Both the position numbers and the translations under genes were made by a program. Below, in pieces: positions 15,419 through 24,287 of a DNA stretch of 40,735 nt. Under the pieces are notes generated by a model. The model made no database searches, was not told the DNA's origin, and saw nothing but the letters and a program-made list of their open reading frames with translations. Source of the DNA: a virus. Lineage: Duplodnaviria > Caudoviricetes. Each line of letters begins with the position of its first letter. Positions within the stretch are counted from its first letter, which is position 1. The stretch covers positions 1 to 40,735 of IMG/VR virus record IMGVR_UViG_3300010362_000047; one strand, 5' to 3'.

Positions 15419-15514
15419 ATGAAACCCGATCTAATCTGGCTCGTGTTCGTCCTCGGCCAAATCTTTGGGGCACTCTCGGTCCTTTTCGGCTTCTGGTTGG
15501 CGCAACTCCGATGA
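15419..15514 (+). CDS. 31-aa membrane peptide (MKPDLIWLVFVLGQIFGALSVLFGFWLAQLR)
   Basis: ATG directly after the UDG-exo TAA; GAGG RBS; its TGA overlaps the Pol ATG (ATGA). Confidence 0.55.
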   Translation: MKPDLIWLVFVLGQIFGALSVLFGFWLAQLR

Positions 15515-17031
15515 AAGTCATTCACACCGATGTCCTCAAACTCGGCACCAAAATGTCGAGTGACGAGGAACTCTGGATCTACAATGGCCTCGATTGCTGC
15601 GTCACCCGAGAGATCCTTGATGTGTTGCTGCCACAGCTCGACAATATGACTTCCTCAACCTATACCCTATCACGAAACCTCCAGGGGCCGGTTCTGGAGA
15701 TGAACATGAGAGGAGTTCGCATCGATGAAGAGGAGCGAAAACGAGCGATCAGAGATTATAACAACGACGTGGACAGACTTGAAAGGCAATTGTACAGTAT
15801 TGTCAACGACGGAGTTGGATACGGCGAATTCAGAACTATTGGAAAGTCTCGTGCCTGGCGCAGTCGAGACCAAGTGGCTGCTCTCCTATATGATGTACTC
15901 CGACTACCTGAAGTCCGTAAGCGAAACGAAAAAGGTGATATGGTCCGGACTGTCAACAGAGACGCTCTCGAAAAGCTACAGCTTTACTTCATTGCTCAGC
16001 CCATCATTTCACATATACTCTCTCTTAGAGATCTTGGAAAGAAGATTTCAGTCCTTGAAACTGAAATTGATCCAGATGGACGAATTAGAACCAGTTACAA
16101 CATCGCAGGAACAACTACGGGCCGTTTCTCTAGTGCGTACAGCGACTTCGGAACTGGAGGAAATCAGCAAAATATTGAGGAGCGCCTTAGACGTGTATAC
16201 ATTCCAGACGAAGGAATGAAGCTCGCAAACATCGACCTTGAACAAGCCGATTCACGAAATATAGGAGCCCTATGCCATGAATACCTCGGAGACTCGCGAT
16301 ACCTTGAGGCTTGCGAGTCAGGTGATCTCCACACTTCAGTTTCTCGCCTCGCGATCCGAGAGTGGCCCTGGACCGGAGACATTAAATTGGACCGTGTCCT
16401 TGCCGAACGGATCTACTATCGGCACCACAGCTTACGACATATGTGTAAAGTTCTCGGACACGGAACTAACTATCTCGGCACGCCTTACGAGATGAGTCGA
16501 CATACTAAGATATCACCTGACAAAATAAAAGAATTTCAATCCGTCTACTTTAAAGCCTTCCCAGCCATACAAGGACTCCATGACTGGGTCGCAAACGAGC
16601 TTATCGAGCGAGGCCACCTCGTGACTCTCTTTGGCCGCAAGCGATGGTTCTTTGGTCGGCGGGACGACAGAGACACTCTAAAACAGGCAGTGGCCCACCT
16701 GGGCCAATCTATGACAGCAGATGAGATGAACAACGGCCTTCTACAGGCATGGCGACTTAACATCTGCCAAATATTATTACAAGTGCACGACTCAATCCTA
16801 ATACAGTATCCATGGGAGAAAGAAGATGAAATCATACCAAAACTTCTTGAGGCCATGCGTGTATCACTTACTCTGCGAGGAGGTCGCAAATTCATCGTGC
16901 CACTGGACGTAAAAGTTGGTTGGAATTGGGCCAAGATTGATCCGAAAAAAGAAACTTTCGAGGACGGAAACCCACTTGGACTAAGTAAGTGGCCCGATGA
17001 CCGGCGAACGCAGATGCGAAAGTTGGATTAA
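15511..17031 (+). CDS. polA: Family A DNA polymerase (ExoIII motif + polymerase domain)
   Basis: YNGLD (ExoIII), TTTGRFSS, motif A DLEQADSR, motif B RHMCKVLGHGTNY, motif C QVHDSI. Confidence 0.93.
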   Translation: MKVIHTDVLKLGTKMSSDEELWIYNGLDCCVTREILDVLLPQLDNMTSSTYTLSRNLQGPVLEMNMRGVRIDEEERKRAIRDYNNDVDRLERQLYSIVNDGVGYGEFRTIGKSRAWRSRDQVAALLYDVLRLPEVRKRNEKGDMVRTVNRDALEKLQLYFIAQPIISHILSLRDLGKKISVLETEIDPDGRIRTSYNIAGTTTGRFSSAYSDFGTGGNQQNIEERLRRVYIPDEGMKLANIDLEQADSRNIGALCHEYLGDSRYLEACESGDLHTSVSRLAIREWPWTGDIKLDRVLAERIYYRHHSLRHMCKVLGHGTNYLGTPYEMSRHTKISPDKIKEFQSVYFKAFPAIQGLHDWVANELIERGHLVTLFGRKRWFFGRRDDRDTLKQAVAHLGQSMTADEMNNGLLQAWRLNICQILLQVHDSILIQYPWEKEDEIIPKLLEAMRVSLTLRGGRKFIVPLDVKVGWNWAKIDPKKETFEDGNPLGLSKWPDDRRTQMRKLD

Positions 17032-18226
17032 TTCATACATCGACTACACTGAGATAGTCCCGAGCCCACGACTCCTACGAAAGTGGGCGGCAATAGCTCT
17101 TGTAGCCGCTGCGATGGAACGCAAAATCTGGGTGAGGACCATGGGTTCTGACCTGTATCCGGGACTTTATACAGTGCTAGTCGGACCTCCAGGCATTGGC
17201 AAGGGTGAGGCTATGAAATCCGGCAGTACTCTTATCCGCTCCGTACCAGATATCCATATTGGAGCCTCAGATCTTACCGGGGCCTCCCTCATCGATAATC
17301 TCAATGAGGCGGTTCGCCGGATAGTCATAATGGGCGATCCACCCTACATGGAATTCAACTCCCTTACCATCATCTCCCGCGAACTCGGAGTCCTCCTTCC
17401 GGCCTGGGACCCAATCATCCTCAACTCCCTCACCGACATCTATGATGGACAAGTAATCGATCACAAGCGGCGCGGGCGCGACCTCAGAATCAAAATCCTC
17501 AGTCCCCAGATCAACATCCTCGCTGCCACAACGCCCTCATACCTCAATCAAGTAATGCCGCCGGGAGCATGGGATCAGGGCTTCATCTCACGAACACTCC
17601 TCATTTACTCAGGCGAACGCATAATGCGTGACCCCTTCGAGGAGCAGCGAGTACTCAACCTTGGAGCACTCTACTCCGATCTCCTCAGCGACATCAAAAA
17701 CATTTCCACTCAATTTGGCCGCATGAGTTTCACACTCGACGCAGCCGAAGCCATCAAAGCATGGATACAGGGAGGATGCCAACCAGAGCCACAGAGCGCA
17801 CGACTCCAACACTACAATTCGCGGAGATTCGCCCACCTCCTCAAGCTGTGCATGATTTCGAGCATGTCTCGTTCAAACAACAAAGTAATCAATGTCGACG
17901 TCTATTCCGAGGCCCTCAACTGGCTTATCGAGGCCGAGGTTTACATGCCTGACATTTTCAAGTCAATGGTTGCCGGTGGCGACTCCACTGCAATGGAAGA
18001 CACTTGGCAGTTCGTTTGGGCTGCCTACGCAAAAGAGAAGGGTCCGGTGTCAGAACATCGAATCATCAACTTTCTAAGGGAGCGCATCCCAGCACACTCG
18101 GTAATGCGTGTGCTGGAGGTGATGGTCAGATCCAAAATGTTCGAGGTGGTACTCAGTGAAAAAGGTATGGCAGGTTACAAACCTTCGTCGCGCGGCCAAC
18201 GTATGGAGTCTAACATTCTTAGTTAG
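16997..18226 (+). CDS. DUF3987/MCM-like AAA+ ATPase, putative replicative helicase with C-terminal winged helix
   Basis: LVGPPGIGKG Walker A, NILAATTP, GFISR (Arg finger), R...LLKL...I..D....A..W; atypical Walker B (IISRE). Confidence 0.7.
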   Translation: MTGERRCESWINSYIDYTEIVPSPRLLRKWAAIALVAAAMERKIWVRTMGSDLYPGLYTVLVGPPGIGKGEAMKSGSTLIRSVPDIHIGASDLTGASLIDNLNEAVRRIVIMGDPPYMEFNSLTIISRELGVLLPAWDPIILNSLTDIYDGQVIDHKRRGRDLRIKILSPQINILAATTPSYLNQVMPPGAWDQGFISRTLLIYSGERIMRDPFEEQRVLNLGALYSDLLSDIKNISTQFGRMSFTLDAAEAIKAWIQGGCQPEPQSARLQHYNSRRFAHLLKLCMISSMSRSNNKVINVDVYSEALNWLIEAEVYMPDIFKSMVAGGDSTAMEDTWQFVWAAYAKEKGPVSEHRIINFLRERIPAHSVMRVLEVMVRSKMFEVVLSEKGMAGYKPSSRGQRMESNILS

Positions 18227-18416
18227 TCTCTCGGTACCGGCCTCAGCACTTGAGTGTGCATCACATCCAAAGGATGGCTCTTATTGGAGCTACCGACTCG
18301 TCGAGAACCGGAAATGTTGGTATAGAGGACATAGAGTTATTAGCAAAACAGACCTCCATTGGCCCTCTCGACCAAAGCCCGAATCTGATCCTCTAGTCTG
18401 GCCAAAGCTTCGCTAA
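18156..18416 (+). CDS. Secreted small Cys/Trp-rich protein (rhizobial-type domain)
   Basis: Signal-peptide-like stretch ending in ASA, then C...P....W.YR....KCWY. Confidence 0.55.
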   Translation: MKKVWQVTNLRRAANVWSLTFLVSLSVPASALECASHPKDGSYWSYRLVENRKCWYRGHRVISKTDLHWPSRPKPESDPLVWPKLR

Positions 18417-18670
18417 TCCGCTGGCTTGCTCTCTTCACTCTGCAGCTTGTATCCCTGAGTCTTGCCGCAGTTGTAGAGTCGATCGGTGTGCTCGAAGATT
18501 GCTTCGAGCACCTTGCTCTGATGGTCCCGCATGTTCTTGATGCCGAAATACACCACGACCAGCAGGACCATGTTGAACAGTACCATTGCAAGCGTGATCG
18601 GCTGCGATTTCAGTGCGTCGACCACTCCGATAGCGACTTTGCCAGTCTCCTCAATCGGTCCTGGGTTCAT
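18413..18670 (-). CDS. Single-TM lysis-module protein (holin/spanin-like candidate)
   Basis: One TM helix + short coil; downstream of endolysin. Confidence 0.55.
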   Translation of the reverse strand: MNPGPIEETGKVAIGVVDALKSQPITLAMVLFNMVLLVVVYFGIKNMRDHQSKVLEAIFEHTDRLYNCGKTQGYKLQSEESKPAD

Positions 18671-18854
18671 TGCAAACCCTCTCGATCACATCAACAGCAT
18701 CCCCATAACTCTTAAGAGATTTGCGGATGCCAGCCTCAAATCGCTTGAGGCCATCACTGTCGCCCTTATTCAACACCTCAAAGAGCGAGCCAACGTGATT
18801 GGTCAATGCAGCATTCAGTCCTTGTAACAGCAAGATGCTCATGTTGTCGCTCAT
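18651..18854 (-). CDS. Hypothetical protein in lysis module
   Basis: ATGA overlap with endolysin. Confidence 0.55.
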   Translation of the reverse strand: MSDNMSILLLQGLNAALTNHVGSLFEVLNKGDSDGLKRFEAGIRKSLKSYGDAVDVIERVCNEPRTD

Positions 18855-19639
18855 TTTCGGTGCCTATAATGTCCGCCCTCTTTCTCCCGAAGCGGCTTCA
18901 CATCCTGAGTCCGACTAAGCTGCCTCACTTTCACCGTTACCCCAGGAGGCGCCGTGATCAACACATTGACCGTGTCGAAAGTTGGAGTCGGCGTCGGCTC
19001 TGGTCCTATCGTACCAGTAGCCCACTCCGCCATCAGATCGTCCGAACTTCTTTCGAACGAGTTAATATCGCACGGTCCTATCCCATTGATTGAGTGTGGC
19101 GCCGGACCGTAAACTCCATCCGTGTACTGCCAGAGCCAGTACCGGTCCCAACTCTTTTGCCAGACGGGAGTGTCACCATACTGACAGAGCCACAGCCTCC
19201 GCTCTCCAAGGAAGTCGTCGACCGAATCACCAAGAGCCTCTTTCGCCGTGTTGCCTGAGTACAAAACGCATTGCCCCTCACGCCCGAGCGCATCTTCAAC
19301 CTCTTTCATCCAAGTTTTCACGTTACTCAAGGACATAGTATTGGAACCGTAGTCCTCCCAATCCAAGCAGAACAACTCATCCGGGTCCGGACAAGCGAAC
19401 CGCAAAAAATTATCTATTTGCTTCGAGATCGGCTCAGCATTGGCGAAGTGGTAGGCTCCCCATAAGAGCCCAGCCGATTTGGCCATTCGCTGCTGATCAA
19501 CGTAGGTCGGATCGGTGTAGCCATCACCCTCGGTCGCCTTATAAATGCAGCCGAAGATGCCAGAGTCAAGCACCTTTCCGTAATCGTAGGCCGGGTCCCA
19601 GTGAGACAGATCCACCACCATTGGGAATACTTCAGTCAT
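18851..19639 (-). CDS. Endolysin, glycoside hydrolase family 25 muramidase
   Basis: VDLSHW, YKATEG, GAYHF, LDWE, LWLCQY, LWQYTD, D.N. Confidence 0.92.
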   Translation of the reverse strand: MTEVFPMVVDLSHWDPAYDYGKVLDSGIFGCIYKATEGDGYTDPTYVDQQRMAKSAGLLWGAYHFANAEPISKQIDNFLRFACPDPDELFCLDWEDYGSNTMSLSNVKTWMKEVEDALGREGQCVLYSGNTAKEALGDSVDDFLGERRLWLCQYGDTPVWQKSWDRYWLWQYTDGVYGPAPHSINGIGPCDINSFERSSDDLMAEWATGTIGPEPTPTPTFDTVNVLITAPPGVTVKVRQLSRTQDVKPLREKEGGHYRHRK

Positions 19640-19974
19640 AACCCCTCCAGAATGTTGACGTGGCCAAGGAAAAACTGCACTTTTCCGTCAGGGAACACGA
19701 AGATAATTCCAGCCTCATACTGGCGCTTGAAGAGCGCACCCATTCGACTGAAATCCGCTTTCCACTCGATCACTCCCGTCTCAGGTACAGTTATATCGCC
19801 GTTGCCCATAGTAAGCGACAACGCGGTAAACTGATTCGGTCCCTCCCTAAGATTTATGGTTATCTCAGTGGCATCCGAGAAATCGTAGGGATCATCGGTC
19901 TCGGCCTCGAGAATCTCGATCGCCTGCGACCACGTCTCTTGATTAGAGACCTCTGCAAGGATACCAGTATACAT
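19636..19974 (-). CDS. BppU-like / fibre-associated small beta protein
   Basis: W...I......PYDFS...I...L pattern; follows tail fibre. Confidence 0.55.
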   Translation of the reverse strand: MYTGILAEVSNQETWSQAIEILEAETDDPYDFSDATEITINLREGPNQFTALSLTMGNGDITVPETGVIEWKADFSRMGALFKRQYEAGIIFVFPDGKVQFFLGHVNILEGL

Positions 19975-19989
19975 CTCGCCCTCCTACCC

Positions 19990-21192
19990 TCACAATTTCA
20001 TAAACCAAGTGCCCAATCTAGCCAAGCTCGTCACGGAATGCGCAGAACCACTGCCGATAGAGGCACCAGCGAACGTAGCTGAAATCGCTGGGCTGATGGC
20101 AGTACCAGTAAACGAGCCACTCCATGCAGTCAATGCATTGAGACTGGCCGGATTGAAACTCGCCGTAATACCAGTTGCTGCTCCATTAAGGGATATACCA
20201 GTACCTGAGGCCCCAATCGTGAGATTAAGCTGGGACACACCGGAGCCACCGCCGCCGGCAAAGCTACCGCCAGGACCGATCGCACCCTGAATGTTGGTGT
20301 AAGACGGAGTGTGAGTATGCGTTGGATCGTTGACTACGTGATTATGAGTGGGATCATTAATTGGAACGTTGAAAGTGGTGTTGGTATGAGTGACTGTACC
20401 CGCCACTGTACCACTCGGCGTATGCGGACAGGTCCCAGTAACGGTACCAGTTGGTGTGTGGATCGGCAGCTGAGCCACCGTTAACGAGTACGAATTAACG
20501 CCGACCAAGCTACCGGGCGTCGTTACACTTCCCTCGGTCACCGGCACATTAGTAAAGGCATTGGCATTAGTGTTACCCATACCATCCATGCCCATAGCGA
20601 TAGCGCCACGCATATCTGGCAACTTGATGGCACGGTTGGCACTGAAGTCGGAAGCAGCCGATGGACCCCTGGTTACGGTGGCACCAGTGGAATCGAAGAC
20701 CGGCGCTACCCCAGCAGCAATATTGTTCCAGACATACGTGAAAAGGTTCGAAGTGTCTGCGTTTGCTCGCTCTGTCGCATTGGAAGCCACATTACCGATC
20801 GACCTACCATTCGCCCGGACATAACCAGACTTGGTATTCGAGGTAAACTCAAAGATCATCATACCAGTCTGAATTCGTTCCTCAGCTGGTGTCACTGTAG
20901 TGACGTCGACAGGATTGGGATTGGCAATATTCCTATGGTAATAAAGTTGAGATCCCTGCCCATCCGTCACCTTTACATCGTAAGCAACGGTGAACGGGAT
21001 AAATACTGCAGGCCAACGACCACTCCCGTCTGCCATTACTGGAATAGTGTGCGGAGTGGCCTCACTCGAATCTTGAAAAACAGTCATGGGGGTGGTAGTG
21101 CCGCCAACATAAAAGTAGGCCCTGGCTCCGTCGGCCTTCTCGTCGTTGAGGTCTCGCTCAATGAAACCGGACTTGCTCCAAAGCGTTCCCAT
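19990..21192 (-). CDS. Tail fibre/spike with head-binding-like N-terminus and collar domain
   Basis: N-terminal GA.AYFY.GGTTTP...ADGSGR; collar GYVRANG...LF...LPDMRG; HTH repeats. Confidence 0.8.
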   Translation of the reverse strand: MGTLWSKSGFIERDLNDEKADGARAYFYVGGTTTPMTVFQDSSEATPHTIPVMADGSGRWPAVFIPFTVAYDVKVTDGQGSQLYYHRNIANPNPVDVTTVTPAEERIQTGMMIFEFTSNTKSGYVRANGRSIGNVASNATERANADTSNLFTYVWNNIAAGVAPVFDSTGATVTRGPSAASDFSANRAIKLPDMRGAIAMGMDGMGNTNANAFTNVPVTEGSVTTPGSLVGVNSYSLTVAQLPIHTPTGTVTGTCPHTPSGTVAGTVTHTNTTFNVPINDPTHNHVVNDPTHTHTPSYTNIQGAIGPGGSFAGGGGSGVSQLNLTIGASGTGISLNGAATGITASFNPASLNALTAWSGSFTGTAISPAISATFAGASIGSGSAHSVTSLARLGTWFMKL

Positions 21193-22487
21193 TACAGCAT
21201 CCCCGCTCCTAACGTCCTACCTCGAATACGAGCAATATCCTCATCACTAAGCGTTCCTGGCTGCCGCGGGCCGACAAACGAGGGAGGTGCCTGCGGCGCA
21301 GCCATCGGATTAAATTGAGCCTCTATGAAGCCAGGAATCCTGACGAAATCCCTAACTCGATCGGCGATAGAAGGTGCCATCGACTCCATCTTATCCGGAG
21401 ATGGTACGAGTCCCTTATCAATCATATCTTGAAGGGACACATTGGTATCTGCGTTCCTATTGAAGTTATTGATCGCCATATTGAGTGAGCCGAGAGTTGC
21501 GGAGGTCGGCCGTCGCAAGTACGTCTCCCTTGCAGCCACAAATGAGGCTGCCGCTGCGGCCTTGCCACCAGTCTGAAGGATTTTGGCAGCTATCGGCACA
21601 CCGACCAGAGCCGAGATGACCGTCACTGGCTCCATTGCCGCCATACCACCTACGACAGCCGCTAATCTTGGATCTTTCATCCAACCCTTGACGAAACCCT
21701 CTTTCTCAGCAGTCGCTGCTGCCTCCGCTCCCCTCTTGGCCGAGGCAGCCATAGCATCGAGGTGCGGAATAATCTCCTGCGGAAATAACGCATTCTTTCC
21801 TGCTTTGGTCAGATCGGCATAGCCGGCGCCACCGACTCCTTCATCAGCGATCCGCTGCAGGGCACCACTCTGAATGAGTTGCCATTGCTCTCTTGGAACA
21901 CTTCCCCTAATCCTATTCAGAACCCGAATGTCATCCTCATTCTTAGAAGTGGCCATATTCACAAATCTATCGAGCAACGCGGTATCGTCCTTGGCTCCAG
22001 AGAGTCCACGGATATTATCAGGCGCGAAATCCATCACCCTTCGAATGATCGCCCCAGCTTCCTCCGGTGCAACTACCCTCTCCGAGACCGCCTTTGCATA
22101 CTCCCCCGCAGACCGTTCGATTATCCCAGCCATACGACCGCCAGCGCTCTTCGCCAACTGACTGGCTACCGGATAGGGCGAGAAGAACTGCGCGGCCTCA
22201 AATGCAGACGGAGCCATCTCCGTAGGCGACGCTCCACGTTCCACAGCAGCCCGCAGATCGGCCTGCCCCCTAATGCCAGCCCTAAGGAGACCTATCAAAC
22301 TCGCTGGGTTAGGCGTCACCTCTGGACGATCCGCCGTAATGGACTCGCCCAATCTTCGAAAGCCCTCCGAAAGCCCGTCCGTTGATGCTGGAGGCGCTCC
22401 ACCGACTACATACTTCGCGTAGGGATTCTCCTCCGCCACCGGAGCCGTGACGTATTTGGCGTAAGGGTTTTCTTCTTCAGCCATCAC
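21192..22487 (-). CDS. Internal virion / ejection protein
   Basis: Ala-rich helical; duplicated EENPYAKY N-terminal motif; position in module. Confidence 0.65.
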   Translation of the reverse strand: MMAEEENPYAKYVTAPVAEENPYAKYVVGGAPPASTDGLSEGFRRLGESITADRPEVTPNPASLIGLLRAGIRGQADLRAAVERGASPTEMAPSAFEAAQFFSPYPVASQLAKSAGGRMAGIIERSAGEYAKAVSERVVAPEEAGAIIRRVMDFAPDNIRGLSGAKDDTALLDRFVNMATSKNEDDIRVLNRIRGSVPREQWQLIQSGALQRIADEGVGGAGYADLTKAGKNALFPQEIIPHLDAMAASAKRGAEAAATAEKEGFVKGWMKDPRLAAVVGGMAAMEPVTVISALVGVPIAAKILQTGGKAAAAASFVAARETYLRRPTSATLGSLNMAINNFNRNADTNVSLQDMIDKGLVPSPDKMESMAPSIADRVRDFVRIPGFIEAQFNPMAAPQAPPSFVGPRQPGTLSDEDIARIRGRTLGAGML

Positions 22488-24277
22488 ATACTCCCACCAA
22501 GGATAGCTTCGGCAGCACCCTCACCAAAGATCTTGTTGAACTCTCTAATTGTGGCCGGACTCTCCCTCAATTGTTTGATAGCTTCAGGTGGAGGCGGCCG
22601 TCCCTCCATTGGAGCCTTCGGCCGTCCCTCCATTGGAGCCTTCGGTGCCTCCTTCGACTCCGGCGAAGGCAGCTGCCCTTGAATCTTCTTCCCACTCTCA
22701 GTTAGGGTCCCGTCGGCATTCTTGAAAAGTGGGTGCTCCTTAGCATAGTTGTTAAGGATAGCATCTAACTCTTGAGTCTTCGGCGCCTGCCCAGTCCGCT
22801 GCCTTTCCCGATAGTATGCATTGGCAAGAGCGGCATTGTCGATGTCACGCTGCTTGATCAATCGCTGAGTCTCGAGAATAGCGCGATTGCCGGGCTTGCT
22901 CTGTTGAAGCCCAGGAAGGATTTCACTCACGAAATCCCTGTCCTTGTCCGTGAAGCCCTGGCTGAGTTTCCCGTGGGCCATATCGAAAACGAGCTGATTA
23001 TGCGAGGATTGAAATTGCTCCGCCAAACCTGTCCGTTCTGCAATGTCCGCAATCCCCGGCTCAAAACTCTTTGGAAGTACCCCGAATTCACTAGCGAGAT
23101 CTCCAACAGTTTGGGCAGCCTGCCCAACTGGAATACCAACCTTCGCGCCAAAGCCTGTAACAAGTTTGGGGTTCTGGAGTACCCTCTCCATATTATCGAG
23201 CGTGTTCATTGCAGCCACACCAGCCTTACCACTCGCCGCGATATCCGAGTACTGCTTTGCGAAGGCCTCCGCCTCCTCCTTCCCCTGCGCCGTTGCGCCA
23301 GATCTAACCTTGAGATAATCCTCGGCACCGAGTGCTGATTGGCCCCTAAGTGCCCGATCTGCATTGAAGGCCTGCCGATTCTTCTCCTCCTCAGTCAAAT
23401 TAGTTTCGGCCAACTTGTTCTTGTAGGATTCCATCAGCGCCTGCCGAGCTGCCGGATCGGCCCTCGTAGTGCTCATGATAACGCCAAGTATTTGATTGGC
23501 CTCAGTCCTAGCCCGAGCCTGAGAAGGACTCTCTGGAGTCGCAGCCTGCGCGAATTGGACGCCTTTGGAGGGCCCGACGTCTGTCATCACTGCAGGCTGC
23601 GTTCCACCGGCAGGCTTGCCGATTCCTTCGAACTGCCCAATCCCTACGTGTCTGGCTCCGTACCAAGGACCCCAACCCCCTTGAGCTGCGCGCTTGAGGG
23701 CATAATCAATGGTCGCATCCTCGTTCTTTGGGTCAAGTGGACTAAGACCGGTATCTCGCTGGAACTCGTTGCCGAGACCTCCACCGGTGTACAATTGGAA
23801 GGCGCCACCAGACTTTCCATTGTCTCCGTAGAAGTCACCGAGCCCTTCGGACATAGCCACCTTAACCGCAACATCTGGGTCAATTCCATACTCCGCCGCC
23901 TTCTGCCTAATGAGTGGGATTTTACCCCTCGGATCGAACGATCGAGGACTCTCCGTCGAACCAACCGGCAACTGACCGCCACCCTGAAGAAAATTGCCGA
24001 TGGCTTGAGTCTGTTGCTGGCCAAGTAGCAAGTCCCGTTGCTTCTGTGCTGTCTGTAGCAAATCGAGTCCGACCTTCATAGTCTTGTCTCGACCGCTGCC
24101 CAAAAGGGCCTGCGCAACGCGGGACATAGCATCGGGATCATTCAAGTCTACGCCTTGGAGCGCACGCGAGATCTCTGCCTTCGACTGAGCCTCATCCCAG
24201 GTCGCAGGCAAGTCTCCGAGCCAGCTGAAATCTACACCTGGCCTAATTTGTTGCCCAAGAATCTCACCGACGCCCAT
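22484..24277 (-). CDS. Internal virion protein with lysozyme/transglycosylase-like domain
   Basis: IRQKAAEYGIDP...VAMSEG...GAFQL...GWGPW. Confidence 0.75.
   Translation of the reverse strand: MGVGEILGQQIRPGVDFSWLGDLPATWDEAQSKAEISRALQGVDLNDPDAMSRVAQALLGSGRDKTMKVGLDLLQTAQKQRDLLLGQQQTQAIGNFLQGGGQLPVGSTESPRSFDPRGKIPLIRQKAAEYGIDPDVAVKVAMSEGLGDFYGDNGKSGGAFQLYTGGGLGNEFQRDTGLSPLDPKNEDATIDYALKRAAQGGWGPWYGARHVGIGQFEGIGKPAGGTQPAVMTDVGPSKGVQFAQAATPESPSQARARTEANQILGVIMSTTRADPAARQALMESYKNKLAETNLTEEEKNRQAFNADRALRGQSALGAEDYLKVRSGATAQGKEEAEAFAKQYSDIAASGKAGVAAMNTLDNMERVLQNPKLVTGFGAKVGIPVGQAAQTVGDLASEFGVLPKSFEPGIADIAERTGLAEQFQSSHNQLVFDMAHGKLSQGFTDKDRDFVSEILPGLQQSKPGNRAILETQRLIKQRDIDNAALANAYYRERQRTGQAPKTQELDAILNNYAKEHPLFKNADGTLTESGKKIQGQLPSPESKEAPKAPMEGRPKAPMEGRPPPPEAIKQLRESPATIREFNKIFGEGAAEAILGGSM
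22595..22642. repeat. 24-bp tandem duplication (encodes KAPMEGRP x2)
   Basis: CGGCCGTCCCTCCATTGGAGCCTT twice. Confidence 0.9.
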
Positions 24278-24287
24278 AACCAGTCCC

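Noticed and set aside
15364-15510. N-terminal extension of PolA as given in the ORF track
   Set aside because: Non-conserved-looking sequence; a coupled ATG at 15511 and an intervening TM ORF fit better (frameshift option kept under findings)
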